DNA of 64,000 nt from Camelus dromedarius. Lineage: Eukaryota. The notes beneath the pieces are model-generated. The model searched no databases. It worked only from the letters and a program-made list of their open reading frames with translations, and was not told where the DNA came from. The stretch covers positions 83,392,001 to 83,456,000 of the forward strand of contig NC_087437.1 of NCBI RefSeq assembly GCF_036321535.1, read 5' to 3'. Shown here one piece after another: positions 12,201 through 24,329 of this stretch. The stretch's first letter is position 1. Each line of letters opens with the position of its first letter. The translations under genes were made by a program, and so were the position numbers.

Positions 12201-12767
12201 CAGGTGTGACAAGGAAGTGTCCTGGTCTCAGTCTGGCCTGGATTCTCTGTTCTCTGGGCCCATGAACCAGAGCCTGTGACACCCAGCTGCAAACCAATCT
12301 CAGCAGTTGTCTGTCTGAAGTTGCTCTCATTCTGACTTTCAGGTTACTCTCAGCAAATGCATTTCTCAGGTCGTTTGCTTCGTCCCAAATGCAGGCTGTG
12401 GTTACTGATGATCTGGGAAGGGACACTTCTGAATGTGCGGCATCCCTGTGTAGCACTGGAATAGCAGTGTGTTCCTCTAGCCTGCTGTGCACCATCCAAG
12501 TGAAAGAGGCTGATTTTTGGTGAGAGAAAAAAGTCTCCCACATTTCCCAGAGTCATGAACTTCAGGACTACTCTGCTCCTGAGTACACACTACTATTACT
12601 ACTATTAATACACACTGCTCTGAGTGTGTACTAATATATCAATAAATAATGGAGAGATTTATTGTTAAAACTTGAGAAATAATTCATTTGCAACATTGAC
12701 CTCTCTTCACTTTAAATGTTTCCAAAATAACCTTGATTCCTCGTTATATTATCTATTCTTTCTGAAG

Positions 12768-12835
12768 GATCTCCAGTGCCAGTGGGTATAGATGTCCAGG
12801 TTGAAAGCATTGACAGCATTTCCGAGGTTAACATG
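12768..12835 (+). CDS. GABRR3: GABRR3 coding exon (GSPVPVGIDVQVESIDSISEVNM)
   Basis: 68-nt exon, tctgaAG|ga ... atg|GTaagt; typical rho-subunit beta1 strand sequence. Confidence 0.97.
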
Positions 12836-15800
12836 GTAAGTTTCTCCATGAGACACTTTTTTCTGAAAGGGTAGGGTCTCAACGGTGTCAAAATCAGTGG
12901 TGTTTTAATAGATCATCTTGATCGTGTATGTTATTTATTTTTCCTACTTTGCTTAATAAATTGGAAGTTGCTTTCCTCTCTTATATTCACTTCTTTCTTT
13001 CCTTGTTTTCCATTCTCATTCCTTCCCTCTTTTCCTTCTAATGGTTTTACGGTGGTGGAGCACTGAAGGACATCGTGGTATATTTAGCTGTGTGACATGA
13101 ACCAGGAACAACTGTACAAGAAGAAAGATGATCATAATATATGTGAAATATGAAATCACAGCCATGAGTCCTAAACTGTAAGATGATAGACAGCTGAACC
13201 TGGGTGGATGGACTCTTTCCAAATATCTCAGTCGATACTAAATTTGCTTATCTGTAGACAAATAATAGCAGGATAAAAAAAAAAGGATTTCTAAAAACTC
13301 ATAGGACTAACAAGTTAAATTAAGAAAATATTGTCCATTCCTTTCTTTTTCTAGAAACCTAGAAGAGACTGCTGTTCTTTCATTTTGAATATCTGTCATT
13401 TTTATGGAGTATTACTTAAACCCATTGTCCCTAAAACTTTAAAGTGACCAATTGTTACCATATTCAACCTTCCTTTTAGCCTTTTTCTGTCTTCTTTGGC
13501 AGATTGCATGCCTTACTTTTTTGTTTCCTGTTCCCTAACCCCCAACTCAGTTTTACCATTTTTGCTATTTTTATGTTTTAATATCCACTACCATAATTTC
13601 CCCATTTTATTTTCTCTATTCTTACTTTAGAACCACCGTGTCTACATAATTACCAGAACCATTTTTCATTTAAAACGTTTCCAGGTCTTATTGAGATTTT
13701 ACTTTAAGAAATAGTGCTTCGTACCACAACTAGCTTCCGCGCACAATCACATGCATTATAGATGGAATTCCTTTTTACCTTCTACTGTTCTATTAATTTG
13801 TTCATGTTTTAGAGTTTTGTGTAGCCCATTTTAGTATTTTTCTATGCCAAATAAAAAGTGCTTTATAGTTTCAAATTTACAATGTCCATTTCCTTGTTGT
13901 TACCTAATTGGTGTATATTCTTGCATTTGAATCACTTTCCTCCTAATTTTGTTCTCTTCAATTGTGCTGTCTTTTCCATCATCTCCTGTAATTGCATTCC
14001 TTTTATTTCCTATCAAACTACACTGTGAGCACCTGTTATTGACAAGGGCTCTCACGGGTACTAACTGGTAAGATGCAGCTCTGAGTATGTTTTGGTTTTG
14101 GTGGTGGTATCAGTTTTGGCTTTGGTCCGAACTTTAGTTTTGTTCCCACCTCCCCACAAAGCATTAGGGAGTTTGTGAGAGCCATCCCGGGGGGCCTGTG
14201 CCCTGCAGTGTGCCCTGGAAACCATGCCTGGCTTTCCTCTTCATTCGTCCTGCTTTATTCACTGATGTTTCCTCCCTGGTGCCCAGGGTCATCTGGGGTT
14301 GCAATCCTTGGCCAAATGCTTATTGTCTTTCATTTTCTACTTTGACTATGGAAGCTCATTTTGAGGTGGGAGAGGGTCAAAAATAAAACCAGGGAATACC
14401 TCCTCCGTGACTAGAGAGGGTATGAACTACTTTCATTTCAAACTCTATTTTCCATCTGGAAAGGTTTAGTTTGTTGTTTATACAACCTAGTCATTTCGTG
14501 TACATGGTTATGCACATTAATCCTTGCATTTCACCCCCCTTTCTGGAATCTTTTACACGTAGGCTTTTGTGAAATTTTCAGAAGCTTTAGGGTACTTTTT
14601 GGAATAAAAGTATTTTGGTATATGAATTGTAGCTTATATATAGTGTTTTCCATAGAATTCAGTTTTGAAATTTAGATTCTATTATATTATTTTTAGTATG
14701 CAAATACCGCAATTAAAGATAAAAATTTTTTAAAGAGAGAGAATAAAGTAGGGCTCTCTTAAGGAAGCAGGACCTAGAAAAATATAAATTACTTAATTGA
14801 AAGATCAAATAACCTTTTCATATATACACTTAGTATTTTTATTGATAGTGATTCTTCTAACCAGTCATTACGATCCGAGTGATAGCTAAAAGAAAAATTA
14901 TAACACATAAAAAGTCCAGAAAAGTCAAAGCAAAATCCTCTATGATCCCACATCTCATTTTAATCTTCAGTTAATGTCCTTCTGGTCCCTGTCATTATCT
15001 AAGTCAATATTTATTTCAGTTCAATATCAAGCCTTTAATGAAACTTCCCTCATTTTAAGCACCAATACTACCAACTACTCGAAAATGCCTTGGTTAGAAA
15101 GCGTTGGCTCTTCTCTGAACAAAAGTGGCTTTTACTGATATTTCCTTGAGCATCTTGTGCTCCAGAAGTAGGCTCTCAGTTCCGCTCTCCTGATATAATT
15201 GCGAAGTCATCCCTGAATGACCCAGTTTGCATCTAAACTTCTCACTGTCTGTACCCCGCAGCCCCTAAAACGACCTCATCCTTCTCTGCTGACTAAGGTC
15301 AGCCTTGGTACTCAGTATCAGCAAAAACAACTGCGTTCTCCACACCCAACTTGAAAATGCTCTCTAATTATCAGTGACCCCCAGTGTTGGCCTCTCTTGC
15401 TTCTCATTTATCACTTTCCCACCCTCCCTTGCCCCACCGTGAATTCACTTTCAATCCCTTTCAGTTTCGCCCTGCTCTCCTCCCAACATGCTGTTCAACC
15501 TCCTTCTCATGATGGTGCCAAGTAGCCGTGATGCTCATACATCACTGACAGGCACCAGTGTCAGCCACGTGCCTTCACAGGCTCAGTATTTGCCAGGGCC
15601 CTTCAGATCATACTGAGTGTCTGATTCTAAATATATGCTTATTAAAGCAATCCATACGGTAACCCACACAGTTCCCTGTGTCATGGTGTTTCGGTGATGG
15701 ATGAATCATTCTGTTTATTCACCCTTACCCTAATCCAAAACTGCATATGCCTGGTGCTCCCAGATTAACCCAGAACAATGATACAATATACCTCTATTCT

Positions 15801-16877
15801 GAAAAACAAAGGAGCTCACTGTTGCCTGATGACTTATTTGTGGTTTAGTGAGATTTACCCTTTGCTTATATAATAAATGTCAAAGTTCTGTCATACGTAT
15901 TAGTTCAAGAAAAAAAAAACTGAGTATTGCTGGGAAATAAATGACAGTAAGAAGTAAGCAGTTGTGAAAGGTGAAGTACACTGTCGTTACCCAAACCTGT
16001 GACTTGGACCAAGATAAGAAAGTTTCTGTTCAAACAAACAAAACATTAAATGTAGCCATCTGAGAGTCAAACAGAGCTCAAATTATTGACATAACTGATT
16101 TTTTTCTGCTAAAATAATGTTAACACAGCTTTTTCTTCTCATCCTTGCCTCCTTACAACTGGAATGCACGTTAACAATTAAAATCCCTGAGCCATACTGG
16201 GTCAGAGTCTCTGGGAACTAGCTTCTGGGGAATGTGCCATTTTAACAAATTCACAAGTGATTCTTTTGCACCCTTGAATTTCAGGACCACCATTTCATGG
16301 TATTCATTTCGTCTCTTAAGCTGAGGGAGATCAGTGTCTCTGTCCCAGGACCTCTGACAACATGCCTTCCACTAACAGCTGCAGTAAAGGCTGTGTCCAG
16401 GTTTTTGTGGGACTGTAGCTTCTCCTACGTGGGGAGGTCTTCTTTAACAAACACAATATCAATTTACAGATACAAAATCAAGTATAAAAGTGAGTATGTA
16501 TTTATAGTGAGAAAAGAAATTAAAATAAAATACTAGGCCATGGGGTTTCAGGTCCCTTTCTTCTGAGATCTCTTTAGGTGATTTACCAGGATGCTTAGGT
16601 AGAAATGCTTTCCACTTATAACCTGTTTCCTTTCACCAACTTGACTACTTGATAGTTTTCAGAAACTCTCAACATTCACCAGAGTCCAGGTGAGGGAGAG
16701 GCTCTGTAACTGAAGCTCAGTAGCTTCATTCTAAATCTAAATCTGAAAATACAATAGAAGCTATTCACGTATAAGTCATTAACACCCGTGGAAACCAGTC
16801 GAGACTAATAGGGTTGATTGGTCATCCTGAACTGTGTTCCTACTGGCTTTGACGTGTCTCTTTTTCTCTCTGCCTAG

Positions 16878-17101
16878 GACTTTACAATGACTTTTTATCT
16901 CAGGCATTACTGGAAAGATGAAAGGCTCTCCTTTCCCAGCAAAACCAACAAAAGCATGACCTTTGATCATAGATTAATCAAAAGGATTTGGGTGCCTGAT
17001 ATCTTTTTTGTCCATTCTAAAAGATCCTTCATCCATGATACAACCATGGAGAACATCATGCTGCGTGTACACCCTGATGGAAACGTCCTGTTCAGTGCCA
17101 G
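16878..17101 (+). CDS. GABRR3: GABRR3 coding exon (DFTMTFYLRHYWKDERLSF...WVPDIFF...PDGNVLFSAR), binding loops D/A/E
   Basis: 224-nt exon, cctAG|gac ... ag|GTgagg; overlaps ORF 16887..17105; contains the WVPD Cys-loop receptor signature. Confidence 0.98.
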
Positions 17102-17724
17102 GTGAGGAGTGCTGTTTGCTGCCTTTGGCTTTCTCATACCCCACCATCCACACCACAGCTGGTGGGTCTCACTTCAGGCTAAACTCACAGTATTGCTGTA
17201 TGTAGTCATGCTAGAGCTTGGGGGCAAGCAGAAGATGTGATTTTTCTCTTGGTTCTAATTTCTAGGTTTTAAAGAGTGGTTTCCTATTCTAACTGTACCC
17301 ACTCTGGGCATATATTGGAGAATTATGGACATCCTTAAGAGTCAATTTTATGGGTACATAAAACTGCTTTTCCTCCTTACCAACTCCACTCCACCCTGCA
17401 CCCCACCAAGCCATTTTGGAATCTTGGATTAACTAAATAATTTTGTGAACTATCCCCATTTCTCACAGGAAGATCTAGTCATCATCCAGGTTACCCCTAA
17501 TTTCTTCATTTAAAAAATTTTGAAAATTAAAAAAATTTTTAATTTAAAACATTTGTTCTGACACTATGCCATGGGTGTCCTCCATCTTTAATATACCATA
17601 TCTTATTTAAACCTAATGAGTCCTGTGCATACTAAGTGGCTTATCTTAGGTAACCCAAAAAGTTTTGGTAAATCCAAGCAATTCAATTTTTTTTTGCATG
17701 TCTTAGAAATCCCAGAAAGATTCA

Positions 17725-18224
17725 GTAGTAAACTGAAAATAAAATAGCTCCCCAAGAGATATCCATGTCCTAATTTCTGGAACCTGTGAAGGTTACCTTA
17801 TTTGGGGGGGGGAAATCTTTGCAGATGTGATTACAATAAGGATCTTGAGATAGATAGGAAAATTATTTTGGATTATCTGGTTGGGACCTAAATGCAACCG
17901 TAAGTATCCTTGTAAGAGAAAAGCAGAGGAAGGATGTGACACAAGTGTAGGAGTGGAAGGCAGTGTGACCGTGAAGACAGAGATTGGAGCCCTGCAACCA
18001 GCAGCCCAGGAATGCTGACAACTGCCAGAAGCTGTAAGAGGCAAGGAATGAACCTCCCCCCAGAGCCTCTGGAGGGAACAGGGCCTTGCTGATGCCTTGA
18101 TTTCAGTCCAGTGATAGTAATTTCAGACTCCTGGCCTCCAGAACTCTGAGAGAATAAATTTCTGTTGTTTTAAGCCACCACATTTTATGGTAATTTGTTA
18201 CAGTGGAAACAGGAAAGCAATACC
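17725..18224 (+). mobile_element. MLT1 (C/D-like) MaLR solo LTR
   Basis: gatatccatgtcctaatttctggaacctgtgaa...tttgcagatgtgatta...gaataaatttctgttgttttaagccacca...gtaatttgttaca. Confidence 0.88.
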
Positions 18225-18499
18225 GAGTCTCTTTGTTCATCAAAAACACCTTGCTCACTTTAGTACAAAGATGCTATTACCAGACATTTTATAAAAGTTG
18301 TCCATGTTTTTTTAAAAAGTGCTATTAAAGGAAAATACTACTTTCCATAGGACTTTTAAATCAGGAGTAACATAGGACTGTAAGAAGTGTTGGAGTCAAG
18401 CCTCACTAGGGAATCAGAAGAAGACAGCCCCATCTGGCCGAGGAATCTACTGTTTTGTATTATTTTGATGAGAGGATATCCACTAAAGAATTGATTCAG

Positions 18500-18982
18500 T
18501 GGGTTGTCCTTTACTCTACACATTCCAAAGAAATGTTTGGCTCTTGCCTGTCTCCTGGGAAATAACCTACAAGCCCTTGGAATGTCCTGCCTGATAAGTG
18601 TGTCTTTATTTACTGGAGGCCTTGAGCCACATGGTATCAACTTGACCTCGGGAGGGGCTGAAGACTAAGGTCAGCCATAACTGTGTGACCAACCCTCAGT
18701 TAATACTTTGGACCCCAGGGCTCACGTATCTTCCCTGCATGTTGTCATGCATCACTGCGAAGAGAAGCGCCGTCCACATAGACCCACGAGAACAAAACAA
18801 TGGGAAACTCGCTCCTGGTCTCTCCTGGAACCTGCCCTGTGCACCTTACTTCATTGCTGATTTTAGCTGGTCTCTTTCATTGCAGTAAACCATCATCTGT
18901 TAGCCTAACAGCTTTGCGGAGTCCTGTGAGCCCTTCTAGTGAATTGTTGAACCTGATGTTGGTCTTGGAGATCCCGAATACA
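18500..18982 (+). mobile_element. MER21-family-like solo LTR
   Basis: cccttggaatgtcctgcctgataag...gagtcctgtgagcccttctagtgaattgttgaacctga; start approximate. Confidence 0.7.
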
Positions 18983-19071
18983 GAAAGACTAAGCGATTTC
19001 AGCTGACGGCAGAGCCAGTCCAAGCCCAGAGCCAGGTCACATGGCCTCAGGCTGGGTTCTCACACCGTCTA

Positions 19072-19456
19072 TGGACAGCGATTCTCTCCTTGACCAAATT
19101 AGTTTAGCCAGAATCCCCCATTCTCAACGTCTGATCACCCTCTGTATCTGATGAGGTTCCACATCCACCTACCCTGCCCCTAAACCCCAGGTGATAGCTG
19201 ATCACCCTGGCCCGTCTTCAGCAAGAATCCTCTCAGGTCCATTTAGCCAGAACCCCCCAACCCCTGATGTTTCCTCTTGGTAATTTTCCATCCACTGACC
19301 CCCAACCCCCTGTTCCTTCGCTATAAATTTCCACTTGTTATATTTGGAGTTGAGCCCAATCTCTCTTCCCTATTTAAAAAATATATAGTAATCCTCTTAA
19401 ATGGAGTTTGCCTTACCATTCTTTAACAAGTGTCAGGAATAATTTTTTCTTTCACA
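19072..19456 (+). mobile_element. MER31-like ERV1 solo LTR
   Basis: gattctctccttgaccaaa...cagcaagaatcct...tttagccagaac...ggagttgagcccaatctctc. Confidence 0.7.
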
Positions 19457-20426
19457 GTGCCTATCTGACCTCCTCGGTTGTTAATTTATTCACAGGTACT
19501 CTGAAGGAAGTAGACTCAAAGACTTCAGAAGTCCTTTCCAGCTTTAAAGTACCAGGAAGATGTCAAGATGAGTGTGTTTTGTGGCACAGTCATCCAGACA
19601 CCTGCCTGACCTGGCATTTTGCTGCATAACTATCGGCAGTAGAATTCAACCCCGGCAGGAAAAAAAAAAAAGGTTCTGCTTCTCTGATTAACCTGGGGGC
19701 ACCAGGGGTAGGAGCAGCTGTTGCTTTTGTTTTTTGCAGACTTGCTCAGGGGCCTTTTGTGAACCTCTGATCTGCTATTGTAGATACCAAAGCTTCTACT
19801 TTGAGGCAGGACCATAGTACAGCAACCTCTGCCTGAAGCCAAGCCAGGAAAATCTAGGAGGACATAAAATTTGGGGAAAAAATAATTCCTAATCAATATG
19901 CAAACCTTTTGACTTAATAGCACCTGAATTATGCATTTTGCACATAGGTCTATAACTGAAAATGCTCCAGGCTTTCCCCTCACTCCTGGAAAGATAATTT
20001 CCTCGAGTAAACTTGCTTTGTGAAAGAAACATTTACCCAAAGGTTTTTATGACCACCATTTCCAGCTCTTTATTGCTGGAAACCATTTAAAGTTTGGATT
20101 TTCCAAAAGGTAGAAAATATTTAAATCTATTGAAAAATCTTCTAACTTTGAAGTGTGTTTTTCTGAAAACATCAGAGCCAGAAAATACAGACGAAGCTGA
20201 CCAGGAAGTGGTGAGATCAGAAGCAATTATTAGAGCAGGAATTCACTCATTAACTCTGTGTCTTTAGCAAATCACCCACCTTCCTGTGTTCGCTTCCTCA
20301 TGGGTTACTTGGATGGAAGAGGCTAATGCCTGTTTTGCATTCGATAGGAGAGCTTCAATGCTGCATGGTTTATTTGACCATGTAGTTAAACGATCTGCAG
20401 TTTTCTTTTTCTCATTTTTTCTATAG

Positions 20427-20509
20427 GATAACTGTTTCGGCCATGTGCTTTATGGATTTCAGCAGGTTTCCTCTTGACGCTCAAAACTGTTCCCTTGAAC
20501 TGGAAAGCT
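20427..20509 (+). CDS. GABRR3: GABRR3 coding exon containing the Cys-loop (ITVSAMCFMDFSRFPLDAQNCSLELES)
   Basis: 83-nt exon, ctatAG|g ... t|GTaagt; C-x13-C signature. Confidence 0.98.
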
Positions 20510-21544
20510 GTAAGTGCTACTCCCTGACGGAGTGAGTATGCGTGATCGGAACTCACCCTCACAACTTGTATATAAGTGCGCACACTCTTAACAAGCATTT
20601 AAACATCTTCATACAAGTTAAATATGTTTATCCAAAACAGCTGTGTGGTTGGTTTGTTTTCTACTAAGGATGATGGCAAATTTTCTCTCAAATGAGAAGA
20701 TAGAAGATTCAAGGAAAAAATGCTTTGATAACTACATATTCTGTGGTTTCCACAATGGTTTTAAAGGGACATCTCCCTAGAAAAGTGTATTCTTACTAAC
20801 ATTATTAACATAGACTGACAGATTTGGAAAGCTCTGGAATTTTTGTTCCCGTATGAATCCCAAGTTTCCATTAAGTGTTCTTGGGTTCTCCAGAAAAGTC
20901 CAGTTCTACACAAAGACCCCCTAATCAAAGTCCTGCCAAAGAACCAAGCCGGCTCCCTGTCAATAACTTTGACCCACCTGCTGTTTTTGACATGACATCT
21001 TGAAAGCTGACTGCAGTTTTTCATGATGTGGGTAAAATGCTGGGAATCTCAATGAATGTCTCCTACATAGACGCCTCTCCCCAAATCCATTATAAACTTT
21101 ATATAACACTATTGATTTTAGAAAAAAATATTCTTTACAAGCTCGGCTCACTTTGGAATTTCATCCAAGAGAGCGACAGAACTGAAGGAGCCTAAAGACT
21201 CGGGGACAGGCCTGTGCCTGAGAAGTGATGCTATGACGTCGTTTAGTGCACACAGGCATGGGAGCAGCTCTTTGGAGAGTTTTAATGCATCATGTGGGCA
21301 CAAAAGTCTCCACACTATGTCAGTAGTCAGAGTCTAATTTTTGAAGGGTTTTTTTTTTTTTTTCCTTTTTGAAGGTGTGAGTATCATCAGTCTGTTGGCA
21401 AACATATTTGGCACCTGATATATATGTGACATTGTATACAGGTCCCTGGGGATACAGAAGTATATAAAACATGGGTCATAGAACTCAGGGAACTAACTTA
21501 CAAGATCCTATTCTAATTACAAGAATGCTATTGTCCTGTCTTAG

Positions 21545-21685
21545 ATGCCTACAATGAGGAGGATCTAATGCTGTACTGGAAACATGGAAACAAGTCCCTA
21601 AATACTGATGAACACATCTCCCTTTCTCAGTTCTTCATCGAGGAGTTCAGTGCATCCAGTGGATTTGCTTTCTATAGCAGTACAG
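21545..21685 (+). CDS. GABRR3: GABRR3 coding exon (YAYNEEDLMLYWKHGNKSL...FYSST), loops B/F/C
   Basis: 141-nt exon, cttAG|at ... ag|GTacag; overlaps ORF 21568..21762. Confidence 0.97.
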
Positions 21686-21834
21686 GTACAGTATTTTATG
21701 TGGACAATTCATCAGCATTTATTGAGCATCTATCATTTGCAAAGCACATGTGGAAAGACTGAAGTCCAAACAAGCATCCCATTTGGCCAAAAACATCATC
21801 CTTCATTTACAGGCAGCCTCTCCACTTTCCAAGA

Positions 21835-22336
21835 CAGATCTTCCTCAGCTTACAATGGGGTTACCTCCTAGTAAACCCATCCTAAGTTGAAAATACTGTA
21901 AGTTGAAAATACATTTACTACAGCTAACTTCCAGAACATCATAGCTTAGCATAGCCTACCTTAAACGTGCCCACAACACTTAACATTAGCCTGCAGTTGG
22001 GCAAAATCAACTAACACAAAGCCTATTTTATCATAAAATGTTGACTTTTTCCTGTAATTTGTTGAGTGCTGTACTGAAAGTGGAAAACAGAATGGTTGTC
22101 TGGGTGCAGAATGGTTGTAAACATATCGGTTGTTCACCTTCACGATCGTGGGGCTGACTGGGAGCCATGGCTCACTGTCCGTGCCCAGTGTCATGAAACA
22201 GTGTATCGCTAGCCCAGGGAAAGATCAAAATTCAAAATTGGAAGTATAGTTTCTACTGAACGTGTATTGCTTTCACATCATGATTAAGTCAAAAAATCCT
22301 ATGTCAAGTCATCCAAAGTCAGAGACCAACCATCTG
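21835..22336. mobile_element. MER47/Tigger5-like Tc1-mariner MITE
   Basis: cagat...ttacaatggggttac...catcatagcttagcatagcctaccttaaacgtgc...catctg, with degenerate TIRs. Confidence 0.82.
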
Positions 22337-22716
22337 GTCACATTTCTGTCTTCCTCATGTAACCACCTCTAACTAGACATCTTGCTTCTACTCAGCCCCT
22401 GCAGGCTACTCATTATACAGCAGACAGGGTATTCTTTTGAGAACATAAAGAGCATGGGTTTTTTCCTGCTCAAAACCCTCCAGTGTTTTTCCATCAAACC
22501 TATGGAAGAATTTAAGCTCACCGTGGCCTACAAGTCCCTACATGATTTGGCTTCATCTACGGTCAATCTGACCTCACCAGCCACTCCTGGCCCCTCCACC
22601 ATACCTGCTCACCCCACTCTGGCCTCTTGTTTGCCTTCAAGCACACCCATCTCATTCCATCTGCAGGGCTTCTGTTTTAGCCCTTTCTTCTCTCTGCTTG
22701 GAATGCTTTTGTAAAA

Positions 22717-22717
<1 letters not shown>

Positions 22718-22747
<30 letters not shown>
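22718..22747. repeat. (TA)15 microsatellite
   Basis: Direct observation. Confidence 0.95.
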
Positions 22748-22750
<3 letters not shown>

Positions 22751-23469
22751 TTTTAATGTTTAGAAAGATTAATGATAGATACCTTTGAGAAGTAAGTATA
22801 AATATTAGGGAGGTTTTCAATTTTATTTCAACACTTCTCTATTTTTTAATTTGTTAAAATAGACATACTTTTTAATGAGAAAGATTAAAATAGACTCTAA
22901 GACTTAAAATAAAGTATGTTGGAAGTTCTATTCAAATATCAAGTCAATAATGATATCTCAGTTCATTCAACCATTTCTGAGGTCTCAGATCAACATTTAT
23001 AAATTGATTTTAGTTAGTGATAGTTCTACCTCACATTTTCCATAAATTACCAGTCTACATAGAGCCAAATTCAAGTATTTTTCTCAGATTAAACATTCAT
23101 TTCATCAAAAATATTTTATATTTTGTCTTCATTTCTATCACTAAAACAACTACCATCACCACCATTCCCAAATCAGTGATACAGGAAAAAAAAAAAAAAA
23201 CTGTACTTGTGGCTTTGGTTACAAGAAGCAAAAGTATAGTTATAGTTGTAGACCTTTAGTTTCCATTTGATAGCTGAGCCATCACGTACTCACTTTTTCC
23301 CGTGTCATTGCCTTCACCACTGTCTGTCAATATTAACAAGCAGGTGAGGGCTTCTGCCCCCTCATCCCTTTCAGAGCCCCTCAAAAGCATGCACTGTTAA
23401 TTTAGCAAGAGAAAGAAATAACTCCTGCCCCTGTGAGATGCATTGAACAATTACTGTTTATTGCAGCTT

Positions 23470-23710
23470 AACGTGGTGGCTGAAAGCACAAGTTCTGGAA
23501 AGGGACTGCCTGAGTTCAGATCCTGACTCCACCACTTATTACAAATGTGACCTTGGACAAGTTGCTTAATCTCTCTAAGCCTCAATTTCCTCACCTTTAA
23601 GTTGGTTTCTACCTTGTAGGGTTGTGAGGGTACGTAATTTAATAAATTCCAATAACTTAGAATACTGCCTGCTATACTCAAAAAATATTAGCTAGTAGCT
23701 GTCATTATCA
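23470..23710 (+). mobile_element. MIR SINE
   Basis: tgtgaccttggacaagttgcttaatctctctaagcctcaatttcctcacct core. Confidence 0.8.
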
Positions 23711-23974
23711 CCCTTTTTATCAACATAATCATCCTTATCCTTTCAACACAAATTGAGGCCATAGCATCAACAGGCCATTGAAGGTGACAGTCTCCAGGTA
23801 TGAAAACCTTCTTGAACCTTGTGTTGGACTGTCTCCCCAGTTACTACCTGTCTCTTCCACTTCCTGCCGCTCACTCTCCTGCCCTTTCGCTTTCTTTCAT
23901 AAACTCCCCTTCTTTCTATCGTGTGGCAACCTGATGGAGGTGGATGGACACTTCCACCCACAGTTGAGTTCAGA

Positions 23975-24329
23975 TGTCTAAATTGGTGATACCACACATG
24001 TACCAAAAGGTATAAAGAGATTTGTTACTTAAAAAGTGAGGTTTTCTAGAGAAAGCAGGGCAGCTCCCAAGCAGGTCTGGAAATGGCTTGAGAGAACAGG
24101 GAGGGGAGCCTGGCTTGGGTTTTGTGGTGGTTAGACAATGGGGCTGCAGTGAGGGCCCCCTTGCACAGGGCCGTGTTTGCACAGTTTGATCTTCCACTGC
24201 TGGTGCCAAAAGAGGGAGCACTGGGCTTTCTTACTAGCTTGCCCAGGTGTGGGGCAGAAGGGGAAGTGGGGCTAGAGAGCTAGCAGCAGTCAAATACCAA
24301 AAATGGAGTCAGACTTTGTATTTATTACA
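23975..24329 (-). mobile_element. MER76-like solo LTR
   Basis: Minus strand begins tgtaataaa...agtctgactccatttttgg...tttgactgctg, as recalled for MER76. Confidence 0.7.

Noticed and set aside
24205..24220. CTCF-like gccaaaagagggagca in the MER76-like LTR
   Set aside because: Several mismatches at core positions; too weak to call.
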